64,000 nt of DNA from Piromyces finnis finn. Its lineage: Eukaryota > Fungi > Neocallimastigomycota. The stretch spans positions 310,001 through 374,000 of the forward strand of contig MCFH01000049.1 of NCBI GenBank assembly GCA_002104945.1, given 5' to 3'. Numbering within the stretch: position 1 is the first letter of the stretch; each line of letters opens with the position of its first letter. The notes below the pieces were generated by a model. That model ran no database searches. It was not told the origin of the DNA and saw only the letters and a list, made by a program, of their open reading frames with translations. Of this stretch, positions 34,924-48,968 are shown one piece after another. The translations under genes were made by a program, and so were the position numbers.

Positions 34924-35454
34924 GAATTATATTATCGTGAAATAAACGAAGACTGTAACTAATAATGAATTTTCTATTATTAATTAATTATCATTTAGTA
35001 AAAAGTCAATTCTAAACCTTCTTTTAAATTTATATAGTATTAAAACTTATTTCCATTTATTATGTATTAAATATTTTTGAATTTTTAATAAACCATTAAA
35101 AATGGTATTTATTATAAAATTATAAAATAAAAAATATTAGAATCATAAAAAATGTAGTTTAAAATGTATTTTAATAAAACAATTTATGCAATAAATAGGT
35201 ATAAAGAATATCATGGTTAAATAAAAAAAATAGTGTTTAACTTTTTTTTTTTTGTATCTTTATCAATTATAAATTTTTTTTTTTTTTTAATTTGTGAGGT
35301 ATGTTTTAAATATGATTAATAGATTACATATACCGAAAAAATGCCTATTTAATCAATATCAAGCTTTAATCTATTATAAATTTTAATTTATGTTCACTGT
35401 TTTTTTTTTTTTTTTTTTTTTTTGTATATATTTTTTATCATAATATGTGATAAA

Positions 35455-35715
35455 AAAATTCAAAGAGAATAGATGTATAATTAATAATAATTTAATTGTC
35501 TCAGTTCATTTTTTATGATGATGAAGAACAAGAAGAGGATTTAACAGTTATTAATAATAAAAATACTGGTAAACAAAATGTAAAATTCTTACATTTCAAA
35601 TAAAGAGACTATTGTATTTTTAAAATAATCTATAACAAAATTTGTATAATATAAATGTTAATGATTTAAAAATTTCATTACTAATATCTATTTAGAAGAT
35701 GATAAAAATATCTGA
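35455..35715 (+). pseudogene. Degraded paralog fragment of ORF 34069
   Basis: FKENRCIINNNLIVSVH(frameshift)YDDEEQEEDLTVI vs NINKCYVNDNSIVSVHFYDKEEKEDLTIV. Confidence 0.6.
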
Positions 35716-36587
35716 AAAAGATTACATTTCTATTTAAAATAACAGATTTTTGTATTTACTAAAATTTTGTATAATTGTTAAGAAAAATATGGTAGTGGAC
35801 TATTGAAAAAAAATGATTTTGTTTTGTATTAATTAAATATATGAATTTTTTTTTAAAAAAATTAAAAATATTAATATAAATTATTATCAATGTTACAATT
35901 AATATATTATAATATTTTAAAAGTTTAGAAGTTTTATATTTAAAAAAAAAAAAAAAGAAAGAAATTTAATTCATTAACAATCAAGATTTCTGAGTAGTTC
36001 TTAATTATAGATATAATAGAAAATAATAAAAAAGATAAGAAAAGGAAAATATAAATATATGAAAATATTTATATTAAAATAATATAATATACGTTGCTTT
36101 TATTATATATATATATATATAAAAAGGTATAGTTTCTTTCTGTAAAATATTTTAAAGATTCAGTATAATAAATTTTAAAATTAATAAAAGAATTACTTGA
36201 AATTTCAGAATTTCATTCCTTTAATATTATCAATATATATTCATTATTACTATCAATGTACGAAAACTTCTCCAAGAAATAAAGTAAAAAAAAAAAAATA
36301 AATAAACTAATTTTGAAATTTCAAATTTCAATTATATTTGATTTTAATATGTTTTTTAGGTATTATAAAATTAATCATACATAATTTTTATATATTATAT
36401 ATCATTAAAATAAAAACATATATAATAGATGTTTTAAGGTTTGTACTTTAAATACATGTACCATTTATTATATTCAATGCTTATAATTAATATTATATAT
36501 ACTCATGTTTATTAATAAATGAACATATATATTTTAAACATGTCTTTTATATATAATAATATCAGAAATTATTAATTAATTAACAAG

Positions 36588-39080
36588 ATGAGTTTATTAT
36601 TCAAATCCCCTTTAACATATTCTCTGAATAAATTGAATATATTAAATAAAATTAATATACCAATTAGAAATTCTTTAAATTCTTTAAATCTTTTACCGAA
36701 AATCCAAAATCCTAATAAAATTCAACTTTCTAACTTTTCCAATTCAAGTTTACTTAAATGTATTTATTAAAATTTACAAAGTCTTAAATCAATATAAGAA
36801 ATAATAAATATATATTATTTTTATATTTATAGCAGTAATAATAATTATATTATTTTTTGATTTCATTAATAATATTAATATTCATTATTAGTAAAACCAG
36901 AATCATTGTAAGTAATTAATAATATATGTTTTAACTTATTGTTATTTATATATATAATTAAAAGTTAAATTAAAAATAATTATATATATCAATTGCTTAT
37001 TATACCAATTACTATAATACTTTAAAAAAAAAAGAATAAATAATACTAAAAATGGTAGTGAAAACACTTCTTTTTATAATGACTTAAAAAAAGAAATAAA
37101 ATCAATTAAAACTTTTGTTACACTTGCAAATAATTCCAATATGTCGACTGGTAAGTAAAATAGTTATACAAACGATAATAATATAATTGTTATTAGTTAT
37201 GAATAAGACCAAAGCTTTAATAATATTTTCATTTAAATTATTCGAGTGGTTATAAAAATCTTTTTGCATTATTCATTATTATAAATATAATTCCCATTGT
37301 TTTTTTTTATAAAAGAATAATATATATATTAATAATAATAAATTTTCATTTGATTTAGGTTTCATACACCAATGAATTTATTTAATTTATTAATTTAACC
37401 CTTTAGTTTTAATTTTTTTTTAATATTATTTAAAGTTAAATTATAATTCAATAATTCATATTACCTTATATTATTTTATAAAAAAGTAAAAAAAAAAAAA
37501 AGTATTGAAATCAATTAAAATATAATTATTGTAAAAACTAATAAATAATTCATTTCATATTTATAAATAATATAGTAAACAACATGGATAAAAGAGAAAT
37601 ATTACCAACTAATGTTAGACCAACTAATTACAAAATTTTCTTATTCCCAGATTTAGAAAAATTTACATTTGAAGGAGAAGTTGACATTAAGTAAATTTAT
37701 ATATTTTATTTTTATTCTTTTTTATCTAAAATTTAATTATTGTTATATATTTTTTTTGAATTATATATATATATATATATTTTTATTTTGAAGCAAATAT
37801 TATAACAATAAATTTATTTAACATATACGAACAAATTAATTATTTCAATTATATTAAAACTTAAAATCAAAAATTTATTTTGTTTAAACACTTTTAATTT
37901 TTAAATTATTATATTAATTATCCATCTATATTTATGTATTTAGCTTAAATGTTAATGAAGATTCTACCGAAATTGTTACAAATGCATATGATATGACTAT
38001 TCATTCAGTCTCTGTTACTGATGTTGAATCCATGGAAAAGTAATTTTAATTTCAATTCATATTCATAAATAAATTATATACAAATTATTAATAATAATTT
38101 AAAAAATATAACAAAATAATGTAGACAAGATGCTACAAAATTTGAATTAGATGATACTGCACAAACTTTAAAGATTACTTTAGCCAATACTCTTAAGAAG
38201 GGATCAAAAGCAAAATTATCTATTAAATTTACTGGTAATTTAAATAATGAAATGGACGGTTTTTACAGAAGTGAATATACTGACAGTAATGGTCAAAAGT
38301 AAGTTACTTATTTAAATTTAATTTTTGTAAAAATAGTATTTGTTATATTTTCTTTTAAATATATATAATGAATTTTTTTTAATAAATTTAAATTTGAATA
38401 TTTGATTTTTGAAATTTTGGAATTAAATTCATGTTTAATTAACAAAAACTTATTAAAGGAAATATATGGCTGTTACACAATTCGAATCTGTTTACGCTCG
38501 TCGTTCTTTCCCATGTTGGGATGAACCAGCTATTAAAGCTACTTTTGATATTAAGTTAAGAGCTGAAGTTGAAAAAACTACTCTTTCAAATATGCCAATT
38601 ATTAAGGAAGAAAAGGTTACAATCAATGGCAAGGAATACAAAGATGTTACTTTCGATACCACACCAATCATGAGTACTTATGTTAGTATTCTATTTTTTT
38701 AAATATATAATATAAACTCAAATATAAATTATAAATGCTTTAAGAAATTAAAATGCAATTATTTATTAAAAAATTATACTTTTTTCATTAATTAAAATAG
38801 CTTGTCGCCTACATTGTTGGTGAATTAGATTATGTTGAAACAATGTCCAACCCAACAGTTCCAGCTGAAGCTAAGCCAATTAAGGTTAGAGTTTACACTT
38901 TAAAGGGTGAATCTGAACAAGGTAAATACTCTGCTGAAGTTACTGCACGTGTTCTTGAATACTTCTCTGAATACTTCAATATTCCATACCCACTTCCAAA
39001 GGTTTGCAAAAAAAAAAAATAATAATAATAATAATTTAAATATAAAATAAAATTATTTTCGAACCAAATATATAATATAA

Positions 39081-39157
<77 letters not shown>

Positions 39158-40999
39158 AATTACCTTTGTTATTTTTAAATTGAAATAAATAAAGATGGAT
39201 TTAGTTGCTATTCCAGATTTCGAAGCAGGTGCTATGGAAAACTGGGGTTTAGTAACCTTCCGTACTGTCGCTTTACTTTTCGATGAAAAGAAAAGCTCTG
39301 TTGCTAGTAAGGAACGTGTTTGTACCACTGTTGCCCACGAACTTGCTCATCAAGTTAGTAGATCTACCTTATTAATAAATATCTCAAAATTGTTAAACTA
39401 TTTTAAAAGTATTAACTAATCATCCCTTTTTAAAAATTGTAATTAACATTATTATTAATAACTATAGTGGTTCGGTAACTTAGTTACTATTGATTGGTGG
39501 AGTGACTTATGGCTTAATGAAGGTTTTGCTACTTTTGTTGGTACTTTAGCTACTGATCATCTTTACCCAGAATGGAAAATTTTCACTTCATTTGTTGTTG
39601 ATGAATTACAAAGTGCTTTGAATTTGGATGGTCTTCGTAGTTCCCACCCAGTTAGAGTTGAAATTAATAAAGCTACCGAAGTTGATCAAATCTTTGACTT
39701 AATTAGGTATATATAGTTTATTTTTAAAATAAATCTAAAAATAAATAAATAAAATATATATATATATCAAATAAGTATTTGAATATACATTAAATAAATA
39801 GTAATTTTTATATTCATTTTCAATAAATATAAAAATATAGTTACGAAAAGGGTGCTACTATTATTAGAATGCTTAATGCTTGTCTTACTGAAGAAAAATT
39901 CATGAATGGTGTTCGTATTTACTTACAACGTCATAAATACGGTAATACTGTTACTAAGGATTTATGGAATGCTTTAAGTGAATCAAGTGGAATTGACGTT
40001 GAAAAGTTAATGGGTTCCTGGATTATGGATGTTGGGTACAGTATTTAATTTATTTTTATATTTTAATAAGTATGCGTATTATTAATTTTTTTTTATTAAC
40101 TCTATATATTTCCATTTATTTTACATATATAATTCAAAATAGTTACCCAGTTGTTACCATAGAAAACAGTACAGAAACTAATAATGAATGTACTCTTGAA
40201 TTAACTCAAAAGCGTTTCCTTTCTTCTGGTAACATGACACCAGAAGAAGAAGCTAAATATGCAACTTGGTGGATTCCATTAGGTATTACTACTCATGCCT
40301 CACCAAATGTTCCATTAGATAATATCTTAACTGAAAAGAAACAAACTATTACTGTTCCATTCCCAGAAGCTAATAACAAATTCATTAAGTTAAATTACAA
40401 TGAAACTGGTATGTACCGTGTCAAATATCCAAAGGAACTCTTAAACACCATTGGTGAAATGATTCAAAAGGGATTAGAAGATAAATCAAAGGAAGTCATT
40501 GGTGTTAGTGACCGTATTAGCATTATTGCTGATATTTTCGCTCTTGCTAAGAATGGTACTGAAAACACTGATAATGCTCTCGATTTATTAAAATACTTTG
40601 AAAAGGAAACCGATTATAAGTAAATATTAAATACTCCTATACTATTATTTTATTTTAAAAATCATTAATTTAAAAATATCAAAACTTTATAAAAAAAAAA
40701 ATAGTGTATTATCCCAAATTCACCTTAAGGTATGTGAATTAAAGTCTGTCTGGTACAACAAGGACAATAAATTCTTAGAAGCTTTAAGTAAACTTGTTCT
40801 TAAGATTTTCTCACCACTTGCTGAAAAGTATGGTTTCGACTACTCTCCAAGCGACTCATTTATTGATGCTAAGATGAGAACATTAGTTCTTAGAGCTGCT
40901 GGTTGCTACGGTGATAAAAAGTAAGTTTAATTAAATCAACTAAACATTTTTTTTTTTTATAAAAATTTTAACGAAATTAAAATAAAAAAATATTATTTG

Positions 41000-41036
<37 letters not shown>

Positions 41037-41654
41037 AGGGTTATTGATGAAGCTATTAGAAGATTAGAATTATTTATCAAGGGTGATAATGACATTCTTG
41101 ATCCAAATATCCGTAAGCTTGCTTACACTATTGCATTAAATAATACTACAGGTGAAAGAGCTGAAAAGTTCTATGATGATATCTTCCACATTTACCAAAC
41201 TTATGAAATTGCTGATCAACGTCTTATGGCATTACAATCTCTTGGTACTGCTAAAGACTCTAAATTAATTCAACGTACTCTTGAACTTGCCTTAAATACT
41301 GAATTAATTCGTTTACAAGATATTATGTACTGTATTGCTGGTTTAGCTGCTGATAATTCAAATATTAGAGAATCTCGTCCAGCTTCTTGGAAATGGTTAG
41401 TTCAAAACTGGCCAACCTTTGAAGAAAGATACAAGACCTCTGCTAGTATCTTAGGTGCTCTTGTTAAATACTGTGCTAATGGATTAAATGATTCTGAATA
41501 TATTAAGGAAATTGAAGCCTGGGTTGAAAAGATGGGATCTAAATTAGATATTATTAGAATGCCAGTTAACCAAGTCATTGAACGTTTAAAGGAACAAAAT
41601 GCTTGGATTGAACGTGACAATGCTCGTGTTCAAGCCTGGGCTCAAAAATATTAA
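36588..41654 (+). CDS. M1 family alanyl/puromycin-sensitive aminopeptidase (Ape2/Aap1-like), multi-exon
   Basis: Exons encode [21 protein letters not shown]...[28 protein letters not shown] and HELAHQ/WFGNLVT...WLNEGFA (HEXXH...E), plus the ERAP1-like C-terminus. Stop at 41652-41654. The core from 37141/37584 is solid, while the 5' exons from 36588 are a manual model. Confidence 0.9.
39081..39153. repeat. (AAT)n microsatellite in an aminopeptidase intron
   Basis: Direct observation. Confidence 0.9.
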
Positions 41655-42330
41655 AGTCAAAAAAAAAAAAAATTTTTTAAAAAAAAATTAAAAATAAGCA
41701 AATAATATTTTGATTGTCAAAAAAAAAAAAAAGATTTCAATATATATTTATGTAATATAAAATAATATAACCAAAGAAAGAAAAAAAAAAAAAAAAAAAA
41801 AAAAAACATAAATAAACAAATAAATTACAAATAATAAATACTAAACCAATAATGTATATTCATTATTTTGGAACAATTGTAATATATTCCTATATACATT
41901 CTGCTATTAAATTAATAACACTGGGAATTATATAATTATGAATGAATTCCACCATCATACAAGAAAACTTTTTTTTTATATATAATTTTTTTTAATTTTA
42001 TTAAATAATCATGTATTTATTTATTTATTTAGTATATAATTTTTTTTAATTGTTTTGGTGCTTTGAAATTTTTAATTTTTTTTTTTTTTATATGTTTATT
42101 GGCCTGTTTGTCTTTATTTTTAGGATAAATAATTCATGTATAACTATTAATTGCCTTTGTCATTTTTACAAAATTATTTACGCTAATTTAAAGTTATCTA
42201 CAAAAATTTTTTTGTTGTTGATTTCTTTTTTTTTTTTTTTTTTTTGTTTTTGTTTTACTTCAAAATAAATCTTCTACTTCTTTTAATTTTAATTTACCTT
42301 TTTTTTTTAAAAAAAAAAAAAAAAAAATTT

Positions 42331-43649
42331 TTAATTCTTTGCATTAACCATTAACATTTCAAATACAGCCATAACAGTGTATTTACGATTTTCAGCTTCT
42401 GGGAAAACAATTGATCTTTCTGAGTTATAGAAAACCTTTATTAAAAAAAAATAATAAAATAAAATAAAATAATAATTATTAAAATTCCATTATTATTTAA
42501 TTATTCTTTTAATAAGCTAATAAAAATCTTTTGAGAGTAAAGATCATATATTATGTTTTTATCTCACTTACTTCATCATCGACTTCATGTGGTTTTCTTG
42601 GAAGACAATGCATAAACTTCCAGTTTGGCTTAGCACCACCTTCTTTTGCTAATTTTTCAGTAACTTGATAACCAGCAAATTCTTTTAAACGTCTTTCTTT
42701 TTCATCTTCTTGACCCATACTAATCCAAGTATCAGTTACAATAACATCAGCATCCTTAACTGCTACCTTTGGATCATGAGTATAAGAAACAGCACCATAG
42801 TTTGGATTAGTAGCCTTACTATTTTCATTAGCAAATTTGGCAACATCATCTAAAATTTGATATTCTGGTGGAGTAGCAACAGCTAAATCAATACCAATTC
42901 TTGGAAGAGTAACTAACATTGAATTAATAATGTTATTAGCATCACCAACCCAAGCAACCTTAAAGTTCTTGAACATTGGAAGTGGAAGATCACCACTTGG
43001 GATTGATTCATAATTTGGCATGAAATGTTCATACATAGTAACAATATCGGCCAAAATTTGAAGTGGGTGGAATTTAGCAGTTAAAGCATTAATAACTGGT
43101 ACTGAAGAGTATTGAGATAAAATCTATTTGTATATATATTTATATGAATTTTTTTAAAAATTAGTATACTTTTTCCATTAATTAACCCTATAATAATAAT
43201 ATATTATATATGAAAATTTATATATAATTCAAAATTCAATTTTAAAAAAAAAAAAAATAAAATAAAATATTTTATTATAAAAAAAAAAAGTATACTTCAA
43301 TTTCTTCATGACCACCGAGACGAGCAAGAATACAATCAACCATTGAACTAACAACAATAGAAGTATCTTTCCATGGTTCACCACCACCAACTTGAATATC
43401 GTCCTTACCTAAAAACATTGGGTGACCACCATAACAAGCCCATCCAGATTCAGAGGAAACTCTAGTTCTAGTAGATCTCTTGGTAAAGAACATACCTAAA
43501 GTTTTACCACTGAAATATTGTGGAAGTTTATTTCCCTTTTTTAATTCACTCTTAATTTCTAAGGAACGTTTAATTAACCATAAAACTTGTTTTGGTGTAA
43601 AGTCAGCTAAAGTTATAAAATGTTTAACATTTTCAAATGAAACTTCCAT
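42331..43649 (-). CDS. ARG3: Ornithine carbamoyltransferase, 3 exons (43649-43296, 43123-42572, 42435-42331), about 336 aa
   Basis: Motifs KRSTRTR, HPLQILAD, DVIVTDTWISMG, FMHCLPR, EAENR. GT-AG introns keep the frame. Confidence 0.95.
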
Positions 43650-45173
43650 GTTGGCTATTATTATTATTTTTTAAATTTAAATTATACTAAGTAAATTTAA
43701 AATGAATAAAATAATATATAAAATAAAGTAATATAGTTAATAAAAATAGTATATATATAGAATTGAATATATATATGTGTGTATGTATATATGTGGGTGT
43801 ATGTATTTATCATTAAATTGATTATACATCAACTTTCTAGTATGAAATAATTTAAGAATTTTATATAAAGTTTATGAATTTCAAATTTGAAAATTATATA
43901 TATATTGCTTAAATAATAATAACAATAATATATTTATTATTGTTTTTGTTTTTTTTTAATAGTATCTATCCTTAAATTATATTAATATCGGCGGCTCTTT
44001 TTTTTTTAATAATTTTGCCATTCTTCCATTTTAAAGTTAATTATAAAATCCAAATTTAACAATGAAATTTCTTATAGTACATTATTTTTATATGAAAAAT
44101 TAAATACTTCTAATATTGTATATATTCATTGATACTGTTTATCAATTAATTATCTTATTATTATTATTATTCTCTTTCATTATTTTTTGATATATAATAT
44201 GCTACTTTTTTTTTCTGAATTATTCAATGCTTTAATTTGTTTCACCTTATCTTTATTTTTTTACTCAAATTTATTAAAAATAAAAAGGTTTTCTTTTTTT
44301 ATTATTATTATTTCAAGAATTCCAAAAAGATATAAATATATATTTGTATATAAACTAAAATATTTAGCTTTGAAATTTACAATTAAATGCTCAATAAACT
44401 TTTTTATAATTTTTATTAAAGAAAAAAATATATATGTGTGTATTTAATACTTTTTAATAATCTAATGAAATACTATTATATTATTATTATTGGATAATAT
44501 AAAAAAATAATATTTAATATATAGAATTAAATAAATAGTTCAATTTTTAATTACTACAAGCAACAATTCAGCTTTTTTTTTTTTAAACATTATTTATATT
44601 GATTATAATCAATTGTAATATATATGATAATATATTAATTAATTAATTAATTTAATAAAAAACATAACCAAATTTGGTGTTTTTTTTTTTTTAATTTTAA
44701 AAAAAATAATTCACATTAAATTTTAATTAAAATAAAAATATATAAAAAATATATATATATATAAATAATATTAGAATTATTAATAATAATAAAAGGGATA
44801 ATAAAAACGATAGAGAAAATAAATATAAAAAACTTTTATAAAAATAAAAGCCTATTTATCTTGTGCAATATTTTATTATAAAAAAAAAAATAAACTCGAT
44901 TTATTTAACAAAAATAAGAATATATGGTTAATGGTAGTATTATTTAATCAAAAATAAAATACAACTTTAAATGTATATATTTTATATATTAATATTCTAA
45001 TGAAGGATTCTGTACAAAAAAAAAAAAAAAGAAAAAGTATTTATTATTTAAATTGATATGTTTATAGTATTATTAATTAAAATATATAATGTATATAATG
45101 TATAGGTATGTATTTTTGTTACAAATAGTTAATATTGTTATAACTTTTTTTTTTTCCTAATTTTTATAGATTT

Positions 45174-48085
45174 TTAATAATATTCATTGTATTCACTATA
45201 TTTACTATATTTATCATCGGGTTCATTTTTTAATAATTTCATTGCATTATTAGAAAGTTCAAATGTTTTTTTATAAATGTAACCTACAATGGCTGAATGA
45301 TATTTGACTATAATAAAAATAATGAAAAAGAGAATAATATTTTCTATAGTACGATAGGCACGGGTCTTCTGAACCGTTTTGAATTTTTTCATAAAAGCAC
45401 TATCTGGTTTTTTATTTTCATTAGGATTTAATGGAATTTTTTCAACCTTTATTTCTTTTTTCTTTTTAGTAATTCTCTTTTTAATATTGGATTTATTAGA
45501 TTCTTCAGATGTATCTTTTTTTATTGAATCCTTATTACCGTTTATTTCTTTTTTTGTATCAATTGTATTATTAGTGTCATCTAATTTAAGACTTGAAGAT
45601 GAGGAAGATGAATTTGATTCCAAAGATTTTTCTTTTGTCTTAGACTTTAATTTTGTTTTTGGAGTTGATGGTTTAACGGATTTAATTTTATGTTTAAGTT
45701 CATATTGAAGCTTTTCACCAGCCATATAACTTTCTAAAAATTCATTATATAAAAATTCTTTATCAAAAGTATAAATTGTTACAACTTGACTCATATTAAC
45801 AATATTATCTTTCTTATTCTTATCATAAATGTTTTTTTGTTGTTCAATATTCATTTTCATAAGTTCTTTAAAAGATTGTAATCCACCAAAAATATTTGTT
45901 GTTTCACAATAAATATCAATGATTAATTTTTCTTCCTTAGAAACAAATGCACCATAAATAGGATTATTTGGAATACCAGAAACATCTCTTTGATTTTCTG
46001 GATATGAAAATGTCAAAACTAAATTCCAATCACTAACATCTGGATAGGCTAATTTAACCAAAGTTAAAAAGTAGGAATATGAAATTAATGAATCTGATTT
46101 TAAAACATAATCATAAACCGTCATTTCTCCATTTTCATTTATACTGTCTTTATATATAGCTTCATAATTATCATCCTTCCAGTATGTTAAGATAAAATAT
46201 TATAAAATATTGAATAATATATATATAATGATTAATATATTTGATCAATAATTAATAATCAATATAATTAATATAATTTCTTATTAATACCTTTGATGAT
46301 AAAAATTTTTTTAAATTGGTATTTATTTTGTAATCTGAATATTTAGTTTGAACTGCACTTTCAACGGATTTCTTAAATTCATATTTTTCGAATTGTTCAA
46401 TAAATTTTTCACTATACTCGCTGTATGGAATAAATGTAATTTGTTTATAGTTTTCAATATACCAAGTTAAAATGTCCTGATATTTAAATATATATAGAGA
46501 GAGAGAGAAAGAGGGAGAGAAAGAAATTTAAATATATTAAATTATTTTAATAAAATATTCTATAGTGTAATATTATGTATATACCCATGAACGACTTTGA
46601 ACTTCCATTAAAATACCCATAACTCTTTTATTAAATCCACCTAACTTTGGACCATTTTGGCATAATTCTGAAGTCTTCATGTATAGTTTTTTCATTTCAA
46701 CATCATCTGGAGCTAATTCAAGACCTTTAATAAAACAATTCATGGAATCTAAATATTCACCTTTTTTTAATAAAATCATACCTATAAAATTTGAAGAAGA
46801 AAAAAATATCCAATTAAATATAGGATATTATAAAATGATTATTTTTTTTTTATATTTATTAATAAAATATTTAATAGTTTTATTTTTACCCTTCTTAAAG
46901 TAACCCTTTGGCCATTCTGGGTTTAATCTTATACATTCATTAGCATAAAATTCTGCTTCATCCATATCATTATTTTTGTAATAAATAGTACAAATATTAC
47001 CACAGATAATTTCACTAGTTGGATCGATTTTAAGTGCTTCCTTATATTTTTCCATAGCTTTTTCAGTATCACCCATTTCAAAGAATTTATTACCTTCCAT
47101 TCTTATATCTTGTGCTTTACTTACATCCATAGCATTTTCTCGTGCTACTTGAGAAGCTGCCTTTTGATATTTATTAAAATTATCTTTATCACCCATTTCT
47201 CTATACGCTTTTTTATATTAATTTCGAATATTTGAAACAATGAAATACATTAATAAATTCAATATTCAATTAATATTTCAAAATATAACATGAATAGGAA
47301 TAATTTACATATAAATATTTATATATACCTCTAGCAATATGGAAATTTGCAGCTGAATGTGAGGTATAACAACCACTACCATTTATTAATTCTTTTAGTA
47401 ATTAATACATTTATTTAAAATATTATTAATAAAAATTTATTTTGATACTATTTAGATTTTCACTTTTTATATTGGTAATTCGACATAAAATAAACAAATA
47501 TTTTTATTTAATGTAATATATTATGAACCTTCAGGATGGGGTTGATCCGGTAATTTTAAAATTTCCTGTGCGTCAGCAATACATTTTTCATACTTTTCAA
47601 AATTAATGGTATTTTGACAATTAATAAATTTTGAAATCAAAATTTTTAAAATTTTAATTCTTACAACAATATATTAAAATTACTTCTTTGAGTTCGTAAT
47701 AACAAGTACAACGAGAAAGTAAAGGTAAAGTTTTTGATATTTGTGGGTATAATTTCATTAACATTGTAAAAGATTGAACTGCTTTATTATACTCTTTTCG
47801 ACTAATAGCCTATCAAAAAAAAAAAAAAAAATAGTAATAATGAATAAATGAATGTATATAAAGTTGGATATTATATTTATCAAAAAAAAAAAAAAAGTTA
47901 ATTTCACATTTTGTAATAAAATTTAAGAATAAACTATTTTTTTTTAATAATAAATAAATTAAATATACTTTTCGTTATATATAATATATATAAATATTTT
48001 ATAAATGTAACTGATAATAAAATAATTAAATAATTACAATTTGTGCTCTTGCTAATATACTCATTGGAGAATTTTGTTCATTCAT
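45174..48085 (-). CDS. Multi-exon TPR-repeat protein with a C-terminal predicted TM helix
   Basis: Manual exon chain from ATG 48085 (MNEQNSPMSILARAQI / AISRKEYNKAVQSF / ... / GNKFFEMGDTEKAMEKYKEALKIDP...PEWPKGYF / GEYLDSMNCFIKGLELAPDD) to the last exon 45174-46124, which has a Lys/Ser-rich region and IENIILFFIIFIIV. Confidence 0.75.
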
Positions 48086-48269
48086 TTTGACTATTTATAT
48101 GTTCAACTACTTTTTATATATTTATATATTTATATATTTTTTACTTTTATATTTTCTATTTCTTTTCTACTTTATTTTTAACAAAAAAAATAAAAAATAA
48201 AAAAATTTTAAATGTCTAAGTTTTACAAAAAAAAAAAAAAAGAAAAAAGTTTTTTTTGATTATTATTGT

Positions 48270-48340
<71 letters not shown>
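48270..48340. repeat. (TTTA)n microsatellite
   Basis: Direct observation. Confidence 0.85.
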
Positions 48341-48342
<2 letters not shown>

Positions 48343-48580
48343 TATTAAATAAAAAAAAAAAAAGACCTATAAATGGTATAATAAAGACAACTAAAATCGA
48401 TATAATAGATATTTATTTCTATATAAATGATTAAAATATTATAATATATATATAAAAAAAAAAACTTTTTTTCTTTATATCATATTTATAATATCTTATT
48501 ACTTTTATTTACATGTATATAATCTGTTGTTTATATGTTACATTTATTTTTAAATATATTATTCATCTATTATTATTATG

Positions 48581-48614
<34 letters not shown>

Positions 48615-48968
48615 TTTATAATTAATAATTTAAAATTTTTATATTTTGCTTTGAGGTTTTTGTTTTTGGTGTTTTTTTTTTATTTCGTTTGCTTGATTGA
48701 TAATTTTGCTTATTTGCTTTATTTGATTTAAAAATTTTTAATAAATTATTATTGATAGTATAATAAGAAAATTTATAATAATTACGTTTTATTATTACTA
48801 TTATTATGTTTATTATCATTATCATGTTTATTACTATTATTACTATTATTATTATGTTTATTTATTCATTTATTTATTATTTGATTTGGTAGATTATTGT
48901 TTTATATTTTTCATTCAGAAAAGTATGAATAATATAATAACGTATGTTTAAGGATTATGTAATTATTC

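Noticed and set aside
45174-46124. Independent 316-aa gene
   Set aside because: It is the terminal exon of the TPR gene; the frame continues upstream to a splice acceptor.
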